Assembly (NCBI GenBank): GCA_053919585.1
Contig: CM132816.1
DNA length: 64,000 nucleotides
Reading direction: 5' to 3' (one strand)
Origin: Euprymna scolopes
Taxonomy: Eukaryota
Below, piece by piece: positions 9,558 to 22,500 of the stretch (its first letter is position 1; every line of letters starts with the position of its first letter). The notes beneath the pieces were generated by a model, which saw only the letters and a list, made by a program, of their open reading frames with translations, was not told the DNA's origin and ran no database searches. The position numbers and the translations under genes are program-made.

Positions 9558-9976
9558 TCTATATATCTATAAAAGTGAACGTGTCTGTCTGTCTGTCTGT
9601 GTACATTTCCCTACGCAATAACTCTGTCAATTTTTAGTCTATAGACTCGAAATTTGAAATACCGGGTACTGAGATTTGGGAAAATCGATGTGACGGGTGT
9701 CAGCCAGAAATTTGGCTGTTAAGGGGTCAAATTTCAACGATTGACTTTTAAGAACTCTACCAAACTCCTCCGACAATTTTGGGTCTAGACACTTGAAATT
9801 TTAGATATAGGTTCCTTGAACCTGGATCTAACTTAATAAAGTGATTTGAGCCCGAAACTATAAATTTTAAGGGGTCATAATAGGGGTCAAATTAAAAAAA
9901 AATTTACTCTTTTTTTTTTTTTTTTTGCTCAGCATACACCTCCAAACACCCGGGCAACGCCGGGCTGAAATGCTAG
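9558..9976 (+). mobile_element. Complete non-autonomous Helitron (419 bp)
   Basis: A|TC-tatatatctataaaa 5' end, internal (TGTC)n, 3' hairpin cccgg-gcaacg-ccggg (9949-9964), terminal CTAG|T, no TSD. Confidence 0.9.
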
Positions 9977-10011
9977 TAATATATAAACAAGAAATTGAAA
10001 TGTAGCATCTG

Positions 10012-10052
10012 AAGAACAGATATTACACTTTGATCTTGGCCAAAAGGCCAAG
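10012..10052 (-). pseudogene. U2 snRNA 5' fragment
   Basis: Minus strand cttggccttttggccaagatcaaagtgtaatatctgttctt vs invertebrate-type U2 ctcggccttttggctaagatcaaagtgtagtatctgttctt (38/41). Confidence 0.85.
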
Positions 10053-10491
10053 GAAAACAAATAATTTTTATTAGCTTTGCCTTAAAAGTGACACCGAATT
10101 TTTTGTTGTTTAATTGAGGAATTGGAAAATTCCACTTTCCTTTTTTAGGGGTGCACAGCATGATAACGGCCGAAGCAAATTACGATATTAATATAAAGAT
10201 AAGATATAAATATATAATAGAAAGTTGAAAGATGTGAAGAGGGAAATGTCAATGAACAGTTCTTTAAACAGGAGAGGAAATGCATTATTGGAAAGGAGGA
10301 TACAATCAACCTTTCGGAAAGGCTTTACATATAAATTTCATTATACAATACGATGGGACAACACGAAGATATATACTTAAAAGACAAAACGCATTTGGTT
10401 GAAATGACGAACGAACACAAAAGGCTTACATAACAAATAAAAGACATTTATTTTTCCAGCTGGTGATGAGAATTCGATGCCTGGCTAATTT

Positions 10492-10535
10492 GCTACAACG
10501 TTTCGTCTTTGTCTCCCCTTCACTTCGTAAGGAGT
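10492..10535 (-). ncRNA. Degenerate PLE-type hammerhead remnant at the satellite junction
   Basis: Minus strand c-CTTACGA-agtgaaggggagacaaagac-GAAACGTTG-tagc: one change from CTGACGA and an intact GAAACGTT, but poor stems I and II; AATAAA follows on the minus strand (plus 10447-10452). Confidence 0.4.
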
Positions 10536-10548
10536 TTCGGCTAACTCT

Positions 10549-13500
10549 CTGCTGAACTAATTTGGACTGTTCTCTGTGACTGCTTAAAACTATCTCCTTT
10601 ACTGAACTGAATTCAAGTGTATATATTAATTCTATGTGACGTCAACATGCGGCCCAAATAAGCGCGTCCTGCTGGACTAACTTGGACTGTTCTCTGTGAC
10701 TGCTTCAAACTATTTCCCTGACTGAACTGAATTCAAGTGTATATATTAATTCTATGTGACGTCAACATGCGGCCCAAATAAGCGCGTCCTGCTGGACTAA
10801 CTTGGGCTGTTCTCTGTGACTGCTTCAAACTATTTCCCTGACTGAACTGAATTCAAGTGTATATATTAATTCTATGTGACGTCAACATGCGGCCCAAATA
10901 AGTCTGTACTGCTGGACTAACGTGGACTGTTCTCTGTGACTGCTTAAAACTATTTCCCTGACTGAACTGAATTCAAGTGTATATATTAATTCTATGTGAC
11001 GTCAACATGCGGCCCAAATAAGCGCGTCCTGCTGGACTAACGTGGACTGTTCTCTGTGACTGCTTAAAACTATTTCCCTGACTGAACTGAATTCAAGTGT
11101 ATATATTAATTCTATGTGACGTCAACATGCGGCCCAAATAAGTCTGTACTGCTGGACTAACTTGGACTGTTCTCTGTGACTGCTTCAAACTATTTCCCTG
11201 ACTGAACTGAATTCAAGTGTATATATTAATTCTATGTGACGTCAACATGCGGCCCAAATATGCGCGTCCTGCTGGACTAACGTGGACTGTTCTCTGTGAC
11301 TGCTTAAAACTATTTCCCTGACTGAACTGAATTCAAGTGTATATATTAATTATATGTGACGTCAACATGCGGCCCAAATATGCGCGTCCTGCTGGACTAA
11401 CGTGGACTGTTCTCTGTGACTGCTTCAAACTATTTCCCTGACTGAACTGAATTCAAGTGTATATATTAATTCTATGTGACGTCAACATGCGGCCCAAATA
11501 TGCGCGTCCTGCTGGACTAACGTGGACTGTTCTCTGTGACTGCTTCAAACTATCTCCCTGACTGAACTGAATTCAAGTGTATATATTAATTATATGTGAC
11601 GTCAACATGCGGCCCAAATATGCGCGTCCTGCTGGACTGACGTGGACTGTTCTCTGTGACTGCTTAAAACTATTTCCCTGACTGAACTGAATTCAAGTGT
11701 ATATATTAATTCTATGTGACGTCAACATGCGGCCCAAATAAGTCTGTACTGCTGGACTAACTTGGACTGTTCTCTGTGACTGCTTCAAACTATTTCCCTG
11801 ACTGAACTGAATTCAAGTGTATATATTAATTATATGTGACGTCAACATGCGGCCCAAATATGCGCGTCCTGCTGGACTAACTTGGACTGTTCTCTGTGAC
11901 TGCTTAAAACTATTTCCCTGACTGAACTGAATTCAAGTGTATATATTAATTCTATGTGACGTCAACATGCGGCCCAAATATGCGCGTCCTGCTGGACTAA
12001 CTTGGACTGTTCTCTGTGACTGCTTAAAACTATTTCCCTGACTGAACTGAATTCAAGTGTATATATTAATTCTATGTGACGTCAACATGCGGCCCAAATA
12101 AGTCTGTACTGCTGGACTAACGTGGACTGTTCTCTGTGACTGCTTAAAACTATTTCCCTGACTGAACTGAATTCAAGTGTATATATTAATTCTATGTGAC
12201 GTCAACATGCGGCCCAAATAAGTCTGTACTGCTGGACTAACGTGGACTGTTCTCTGTGACTGCTTAAAACTATTTCCCTGACTGAACTGAATTCAAGTGT
12301 ATATATTAATTCTATGTGACGTCAACATGCGGCCAAAACAAGTCTGTACTGCTGGACTAACTTGGACTGTTCTCTGTGACTGCTTAAACTATTTCCCTGA
12401 CTGAACTGAATTCAAGTGTATATATTAATTATATGTGACGTCAACATGCGGCCCAAATATGCGCGTCCTGCTGGACTAACGTGGACTGTTCTCTGTGACT
12501 GCTTAAAACTATTTCCCTGACTGAACTGAATTCAAGTGTATATATTAATTCTATGTGACGTCAACATGCGGCCCAAATAAGTTTGTACTGCTGGACTAAC
12601 GTGGACTGTTCTCTGTGACTGCTTCAAACTATTTCCCTGACTGAACTGAATTCAAGTGTATATATTAATTCTATGTGACGTCAACATGCGGCCCAAATAA
12701 GTCTGTACTGCTGGACTAACTTGGACTGTTCTCTGTGACTGCTTAAAACTATTTCCCTGACTGAACTGAATTCAAGTGTATATATTAATTATATGTGACG
12801 TCAACATGCGGCCCAAATATGCGCGTCCTGCTGGACTAACGTGGACTGTTCTCTGTGACTGCTTAAAACTATTTCCCTGACTGAACTGAATTCAAGTGTA
12901 TATATTAATTCTATGTGACGTCAACATGCGGCCCAAATAAGTCTGTACTGCTGGACTAACTTGGACTGTTCTCTGTGACTGCTTAAAACTATTTCCCTGA
13001 CTGAACTGAATTCAAGTGTATATATTAATTATATGTGACGTCAACATGCGGCCCAAATATGCGCGTCCTACTGGACTAACGTGGACTGTTCTCTGTGACT
13101 GCTTAAAACTATTTCCCTGACTGAACTGAATTCAAGTGTATATATTAATTCTATGTGACGTCAACATGCGGCCCAAATATGCGCGTCCTGCTGGACTAAC
13201 GTGGACTGTTCTCTGTGACTGCTTCAAACTATTTCCCTGACTGAACTGAATTCAAGTGTATATATTAATTATATGTGACGTCAACATGCGGCCCAAATAT
13301 GCGCGTCCTGCTTGACTAACGTGGACTGTTCTCTGTGACTGCTTCAAACTATTTCCCTGACTGAACTGAATTCAAGTGTATATATTAATTCTATGTGACG
13401 TCAACATGCGGCCCAAATAAGTCTGTACTGCTGGACTAACGTGGACTGTTCTCTGTGACTGCTTAAAACTATTTCCCTGACTGAACTGAATTCAAGTGTA

Positions 13501-16500
13501 TATATTAATTCTATGTGACGTCAACATGCGGCCCAAATAAGTCTGTACTGCTGGACTAACTTGGACTGTTCTCTGTGACTGCTTCAAACTATTTCCCTGA
13601 CTGAACTGAATTCAAGTGTATATATTAATTCTATGTGACGTCAACATGCGGCCCAAATATGCGCGTCCTGCTGGACTAACTTGGACTGTTCTCTGTGACT
13701 GCTTAAAACTATTTCCCTGACTGAACTGAATTCAAGTGTATATATTAATTCTATGTGACGTCAACATGCGGCCCAAATATGCGCGTCCTGCTGGACTAAC
13801 GTGGACTGTTCTCTGTGACTGCTTCAAACTATCTCCCTGACTGAACTGAATTCAAGTGTATATATTAATTATATGTGACGTCAACATGCGGCCCAAATAT
13901 GCGCGTCCTGCTTGACTAACGTGGACTGTTCTCTGTGACTGCTTAAAACTATTTCCCTGACTGAACTGAATTCAAGTGTATATATTAATTCTATGTGACG
14001 TCAACATGCGGCCCAAATAAGTCTGTACTGCTGGACTAACGTGGACTGTTCTCTGTGACTGCTTAAAACTATTTCCCTGACTGAACTGAATTCAAGTGTA
14101 TATATTAATTCTATGTGACGTCAACATGCGGCCCAAATAAGTCTGTACTGCTGGACTAACTTGGACTGTTCTCTGTGACTGCTTCAAACTATTTCCCTGA
14201 CTGAACTGAATTCAAGTGTATATATTAATTCTATGTGACGTCAACATGCGGCCCAAATATGCGCGTCCTGCTGGACTAACGTGGACTGTTCTCTGTGACT
14301 GCTTAAAACTATTTCCCTGACTGAACTGAATTCAAGTGTATATATTAATTATATGTGACGTCAACATGCGGCCCAAATATGCGCGTCCTGCTTGACTAAC
14401 GTGGACTTTTCTCTGTGACTGCTTAAAACTATTTCCCTGACTGAACTGAATTCAAGTGTATATATTAATTCTATGTGACGTCAACATGCGGCCCAAATAA
14501 GTCTGTACTGCTGGACTAACTTGGACTGTTCTCTGTGACTGCTTCAAACTATTTCCCTGACTGAACTGAATTCAAGTGTATATATTAATTCTATGTGACG
14601 TCAACATGCGGCCCAAATAAGTCTGTACTGCTGGACTAACTTGGACTGTTCTCTGTGACTGCTTCAAACTATTTCCCTGACTGAACTGAATTCAAGTGTA
14701 TATATTAATTCTATTTGACGTCAACATGCGGCCCAAATATGCGCGTCCTGCTGGACTAACTTGGACTGTTCTCTGTGACTGCTTAAAACTATTTCCCTGA
14801 CTGAACTGAATTCAAGTGTATATATTAATTCTATGTGACGTCAACATGCGGCCCAAATATGCGCGTCCTGCTGGACTAACGTGGACTGTTCTCTGTGACT
14901 GCTTCAAACTATTTCCCTGACTGAACTGAATTCAAGTGTATATATTAATTATATGTGACGTCAACATGCGGCCCAAATATGCGCGTCCTGCTTGACTAAC
15001 GTGGACTGTTCTCTGTGACTGCTTAAAACTATTTCCCTGACTGAACTGAATTCAAGTGTATATATTAATTCTATGTGACGTCAACATGCGGCCCAAATAA
15101 GTCTGTACTGCTGGACTAACTTGGACTGTTCTCTGTGACTGCTTCAAACTATTTCCCTGACTGAACTGAATTCAAGTGTATATATTAATTCTATGTGACG
15201 TCAACATGCGGCCCAAATATGCGCGTCCTGCTGGACTAACTTGGACTGTTCTCTGTGACTGCTTCAAACTATTTCCCTGACTGAACTGAATTCAAGTGTA
15301 TATATTAATTCTATGTGACGTCAACATGCGGCCCAAATATGCGCGTCCTGCTGGACTAACGTGGACTGTTCTCTGTGAATGCTTAAAACTATTTCCCTGA
15401 CTGAACTGAATTCAAGTGTATATATTAATTCTATGTGACGTCAACATGCGGCCCAAATATGCGCGTCCTGCTGGACTAACTTGGACTGTTCTCTGTGACT
15501 GCTTAAAACTATTTCCCTGACTGAACTGAATTCAAGTGTATATATTAATTATATGTGACGTCAACATGCGGCCCAAATATGCGCGTCCTGCTGGACTAAC
15601 TTGGACTGTTCTCTGTGACTGCTTAAAACTATTTCCCTGACTGAACTGAATTCAAGTGTATATATTAATTCTATGTGACGTCAACATGCGGCCCAAATAT
15701 GCGCGTCCTGCTGGACTAACTTGGACTGTTCTCTGTGACTGCTTAAAACTATTTCCCTGACTGAACTGAATTCAAGTGTATATATTAATTCTATGTGACG
15801 TCAACATGCGGCCCAAATATGCGCGTCCTGCTGGACTAACTTGGACTGTTCTCTGTGACTGCTTAAAACTATTTCCCTGACTGAACTGAATTCAAGTGTA
15901 TATATTAATTATATGTGACGTCAACATGCGGCCCAAATAAGTCTGTACTGCTGGACTAACTTGGACTGTTCTCTGTGACTGCTTCAAACTATTTCCCTGA
16001 CTGAACTGAATTCAAGTGTATATATTAATTCTATGTGACGTCAACATGCGGCCCAAATATGCGCGTCCTGCTGGACTAACTTGGACTGTTCTCTGTGACT
16101 GCTTCAAACTATTTCCCTGACTGAACTGAATTCAAGTGTATATATTAATTATATGTGACGTCAACATGCGGCCCAAAAAAGTCTGTACTGCTGGACTAAC
16201 TTGAACTGTTCTCTGTGACTGCTTAAAACTATTTCCCTGACTGAACTGAATTCAAGTGTATATATTAATTATATGTGACGTCAACATGCGGCCCAAATAT
16301 GCGCGTCCTGCTTGACTAACGTGGACTTTTCTCTGTGACTGCTTAAAACTATTTCCCTGACTGAACTGAATTCAAGTGTATATATTAATTCTATGTGACG
16401 TCAACATGCGGCCCAAATAAGTCTGTACTGCTGGACTAACTTGGACTGTTCTCTGTGACTGCTTCAAACTATTTCCCTGACTGAACTGAATTCAAGTGTA

Positions 16501-19500
16501 TATATTAATTCTATGTGACGTCAACATGCGGCCCAAATAAGTCTGTACTGCTGGACTAACTTGGACTGTTCTCTGTGACTGCTTCAAACTATTTCCCTGA
16601 CTGAACTGAATTCAAGTGTATATATTAATTCTATGTGACGTCAACATGCGGCCCAAATATGCGCGTCCTGCTGGACTAACTTGGACTGTTCTCTGTGACT
16701 GCTTAAAACTATTTCCCTGACTGAACTGAATTCAAGTGTATATATTAATTCTATGTGACGTCAACATGCGGCCCAAATATGCGCGTCCTGCTGGACTAAC
16801 GTGGACTGTTCTCTGTGACTGCTTCAAACTATTTCCCTGACTGAACTGAATTCAAGTGTATATATTAATTATATGTGACGTCAACATGCGGCCCAAATAT
16901 GCGCGTCCTGCTTGACTAACGTGGACTGTTCTCTGTGACTGCTTAAAACTATTTCCCTGACTGAACTGAATTCAAGTGTATATATTAATTCTATGTGACG
17001 TCAACATGCGGCCCAAATAAGTCTGTACTGCTGGACTAACTTGGACTGTTCTCTGTGACTGCTTAAAACTATTTCCCTGACTGAACTGAATTCAAGTGTA
17101 TATATTAATTCTATGTGACGTCAACATGCGGCCCAAATAAGTCTGTACTGCTGGACTAACTTGGACTGTTCTCTGTGACTGCTTAAAACTATTTCCCTGA
17201 CTGAACTGAATTCAAGTGTATATATTAATTCTATGTGACGTCAACATGCGGCCCAAATATGCGCGTCCTGCTGGACTAACTTGGACTGTTCTCTGTGACT
17301 GCTTAAAACTATTTCCCTGACTGAACTGAATTCAAGTGTATATATTAATTCTATGTGACGTCAACATGCGGCCCAAATATGCGCGTCCTGCTGGACTAAC
17401 GTGGACTGTTCTCTGTGAATGCTTCAAACTATTTCCCTGACTGAACTGAATTCAAGTGTATATATTAATTCTATGTGACGTCAACATGCGGCCCAAATAT
17501 GCGCGTCCTGCTGGACTAACTTGGACTGTTCTCTGTGACTGCTTAAAACTATTTCCCTGACTGAACTGAATTCAAGTGTATATATTAATTATATGTGACG
17601 TCAACATGCGGCCCAAATATGCGCGTCCTGCTGGACTAACTTGGACTGTTCTCTGTGACTGCTTCAAACTATTTCCCTGACTGAACTGAATTCAAGTGTA
17701 TATATTAATTCTATGTGACGTCAACATGCGGCCCAAATATGCGCGTCCTGCTGGACTAACTTGGACTGTTCTCTGTGACTGCTTAAAACTATTTCCCTGA
17801 CTGAACTGAATTCAAGTGTATATATTAATTCTATGTGACGTCAACATGCGGCCCAAATATGCGCGTCCTGCTGGACTAACTTGGACTGTTCTCTGTGACT
17901 GCTTAAAACTATTTCCCTGACTGAACTGAATTCAAGTGTATATATTAATTATATGTGACGTCAACATGCGGCCCAAATAAGTCTGTACTGCTGGACTAAC
18001 TTGGACTGTTCTCTGTGACTGCTTCAAACTATTTCCCTGACTGAACTGAATTCAAGTGTATATATTAATTCTATGTGACGTCAACATGCGGCCCAAATAT
18101 GCGCGTCCTGCTGGACTAACTTGGACTGTTCTCTGTGACTGCTTCAAACTATTTCCCTGACTGAACTGAATTCAAGTGTATATATTAATTATATGTGACG
18201 TCAACATGCGGCCCAAAAAAGTCTGTACTGCTGGACTAACTTGAACTGTTCTCTGTGACTGCTTAAAACTATTTCCCTGACTGAACTGAATTCAAGTGTA
18301 TATATTAATTCTATGTGACGTCAACATGCGGCCCAAATATGCGCGTCCTGCTGGACTAACTTGGACTGTTCTCTGTGACTGCTTAAAACTATTTCCCTGA
18401 CTGAACTGAATTCAAGTGTATATATTAATTCTATGTGACGTCAACATGCGGCCCAAATATGCGCGTCCTGCTGGACTAACTTGGACTGTTCTCTGTGACT
18501 GCTTAAAACTATTTCCCTGACTGAACTGAATTCAAGTGTATATATTAATTCTATGTGACGTCAACATGCGGCCCAAATATGCGCGTCCTGCTGGACTAAC
18601 GTGGACTGTTCTCTGTGAATGCTTAAAACTATTTCCCTGACTGAACTGAATTCAAGTGTATATATTAATTCTATGTGACGTCAACATGCGGCCCAAATAT
18701 GCGCGTCCTGCTGGACTAACTTGGACTGTTCTCTGTGACTGCTTAAAACTATTTCCCTGACTGAACTGAATTCAAGTGTATATATTAATTATATGTGACG
18801 TCAACATGCGGCCCAAATATGCGCGTCCTGCTGGACTAACTTGGACTGTTCTCTGTGACTGCTTCAAACTATTTCCCTGACTGAACTGAATTCAAGTGTA
18901 TATATTAATTCTATGTGACGTCAACATGCGGCCCAAATATGCGCGTCCTGCTGGACTAACTTGGACTGTTCTCTGTGACTGCTTCAAACTATTTCCCTGA
19001 CTGAACTGAATTCAAGTGTATATATTAATTCTATGTGACGTCAACATGCGGCCCAAATATGCGCGTCCTGCTGGACTAACTTGGACTGTTCTCTGTGACT
19101 GCTTAAAACTATTTCCCTGACTGAACTGAATTCAAGTGTATATATTAATTATATGTGACGTCAACATGCGGCCCAAATAAGTCTGTACTGCTGGACTAAC
19201 TTGGACTGTTCTCTGTGACTGCTTCAAACTATTTCCCTGACTGAACTGAATTCAAGTGTATATATTAATTCTATGTGACGTCAACATGCGGCCCAAATAT
19301 GCGCGTCCTGCTGGACTAACTTGGACTGTTCTCTGTGACTGCTTCAAACTATTTCCCTGACTGAACTGAATTCAAGTGTATATATTAATTATATGTGACG
19401 TCAACATGCGGCCCAAAAAAGTCTGTACTGCTGGACTAACTTGAACTGTTCTCTGTGACTGCTTAAAACTATTTCCCTGACTGAACTGAATTCAAGTGTA

Positions 19501-22500
19501 TATATTAATTCTATGTGACGTCAACATGCGGCCCAAATATGCGCGTCCTGCTGGACTAACTTGGACTGTTCTCTGTGACTGCTTAAAACTATTTCCCTGA
19601 CTGAACTGAATTCAAGTGTATATATTAATTCTATGTGACGTCAACATGCGGCCCAAATAAGTCTGTACTGCTGGACTAACGTGGACTGTTCTCTGTGACT
19701 GCTTAAAACTATTTCCCTGACTGAACTGAATTCAAGTGTATATATTAATTCTATGTGACGTCAACATGCGGCCCAAATAAGTCTGTACTGCTGGACTAAC
19801 GTGGACTGTTCTCTGTGACTGCTTAAAACTATTTCCCTGACTGAACTGAATTCAAGTGTATATATTAATTCTATGTGACGTCAACATGCGGCCAAAACAA
19901 GTCTGTACTGCTGGACTAACTTGGACTGTTCTCTGTGACTGCTTAAACTATTTCCCTGACTGAACTGAATTCAAGTGTATATATTAATTATATGTGACGT
20001 CAACATGCGGCCCAAATATGCGCGTCCTGCTGGACTAACGTGGACTGTTCTCTGTGACTGCTTAAAACTATTTCCCTGACTGAACTGAATTCAAGTGTAT
20101 ATATTAATTCTATGTGACGTCAACATGCGGCCCAAATAAGTTTGTACTGCTGGACTAACTTGGACTGTTCTCTGTGACTGCTTCAAACTATTTCCCTGAC
20201 TGAACTGAATTCAAGTGTATATATTAATTCTATGTGACGTCAACATGCGGCCCAAATAAGTCTGTACTGCTGGACTAACTTGGACTGTTCTCTGTGACTG
20301 CTTAAAACTATTTCCCTGACTGAACTGAATTCAAGTGTATATATTAATTATATGTGACGTCAACATGCGGCCCAAATATGCGCGTCCTGCTGGACTAACG
20401 TGGACTGTTCTCTGTGACTGCTTAAAACTATTTCCCTGACTGAACTGAATTCAAGTGTATATATTAATTCTATGTGACGTCAACATGCGGCCCAAATAAG
20501 TCTGTACTGCTGGACTAACTTGGACTGTTCTCTGTGACTGCTTAAAACTATTTCCCTGACTGAACTGAATTCAAGTGTATATATTAATTATATGTGACGT
20601 CAACATGCGGCCCAAATATGCGCGTCCTACTGGACTAACGTGGACTGTTCTCTGTGACTGCTTAAAACTATTTCCCTGACTGAACTGAATTCAAGTGTAT
20701 ATATTAATTCTATGTGACGTCAACATGCGGCCCAAATATGCGCGTCCTGCTGGACTAACGTGGACTGTTCTCTGTGACTGCTTAAAACTATTTCCCTGAC
20801 TGAACTGAATTCAAGTGTATATATTAATTATATGTGACGTCAACATGCGGCCCAAATATGCGCGTCCTGCTTGACTAACGTGGACTGTTCTCTGTGACTG
20901 CTTCAAACTATTTCCCTGACTGAACTGAATTCAAGTGTATATATTAATTCTATGTGACGTCAACATGCGGCCCAAATAAGTCTGTACTGCTGGACTAACT
21001 TGGACTGTTCTCTGTGACTGCTTCAAACTATTTCCCTGACTGAACTGAATTCAAGTGTATATATTAATTCTATGTGACGTCAACATGCGGCCCAAATATG
21101 CGCGTCCTGCTGGACTAACTTGGACTGTTCTCTGTGACTGCTTCAAACTATTTCCCTGACTGAACTGAATTCAAGTGTATATATTAATTATATGTGACGT
21201 CAACATGCGGCCCAAATATGCGCGTCCTGCTGGACTAACGTGGACTGTTCTCTGTGACTGCTTCAAACTATTTCCCTGACTGAACTGAATTCAAGTGTAT
21301 ATATTAATTCTATGTGACGTCAACATGCGGCCCAAATAAGTCTGTACTGCTGGACTAACTTGGACTGTTCTCTGTGACTGCTTAAAACTATTTCCCTGAC
21401 TGAACTGAATTCAAGTGTATATATTAATTCTATGTGACGTCAACATGCGGCCCAAATAAGTCTGTACTGCTGGACTAACTTGGACTGTTCTCTGTGACTG
21501 CTTCAAACTATTTCCCTGACTGAACTGAATTCAAGTGTATATATTAATTCTATGTGACGTCAACATGCGGCCCAAATATGCGCGTCCTGCTGGACTAACT
21601 TGGACTGTTCTCTGTGACTGCTTAAAACTATTTCCCTGACTGAACTGAATGCAAGTGTATATATTAATTCTATGTGACGTCAACATGCGGCCCAAATATG
21701 CGCGTCCTGCTGGACTAACGTGGATTGTTCTCTGTGACTGCTTCAAACTATTTCCCTGACTGAACTGAATTCAAGTGTATATATTAATTCTATGTGACGT
21801 CAACATGCGGCCCAAATATGCGCGTCCTGCTGGACTAACGTGGACTGTTCTCTGTGACTGCTTCAAACTATTTCCCTGACTGAACTGAATTCAAGTGTAT
21901 ATATTAATTCTACGTGACGTCAACATGCGGCCCAAATATGCGCGTCCTGCTTGACTAACGTGGACTGTTCTCTGTGACTGCTTCAAACTATTTCCCTGAC
22001 TGAACTGAATTCAAGTGTATATATTAATTATATGTGACGTCAACATGCGGCCCAAAAAAGTCTGTACTGCTGGACTAACTTGAACTGTTCTCTGTGACTG
22101 CTTAAAACTATTTCCCTGACTGAACTGAATTCAAGTGTATATATTAATTCTATGTGACGTCAACATGCGGCCCAAATATGCGCGTCCTGCTGGACTAACT
22201 TGGACTGTTCTCTGTGACTGCTTAAAACTATTTCCCTGACTGAACTGAATTCAAGTGTATATATTAATTCTATGTGACGTCAACATGCGGCCCAAATAAG
22301 TCTGTACTGCTGGACTAACGTGGACTGTTCTCTGTGACTGCTTAAAACTATTTCCCTGACTGAACTGAATTCAAGTGTATATATTAATTCTATGTGACGT
22401 CAACATGCGGCCCAAATAAGTCTGTACTGCTGGACTAACGTGGACTGTTCTCTGTGACTGCTTAAAACTATTTCCCTGACTGAACTGAATTCAAGTGTAT

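Noticed and set aside
10012-10052. Functional U2 snRNA gene
   Set aside because: Only ~41 nt of the 5' part, mutated in the GUAGUA branch-pairing motif, with no Sm site or 3' stem-loops.
10561-10680. Hammerhead ribozyme within the satellite monomer, as in newt or schistosome satellites
   Set aside because: No CTGANGA core on either strand (only ctgactga and ctgaatt).
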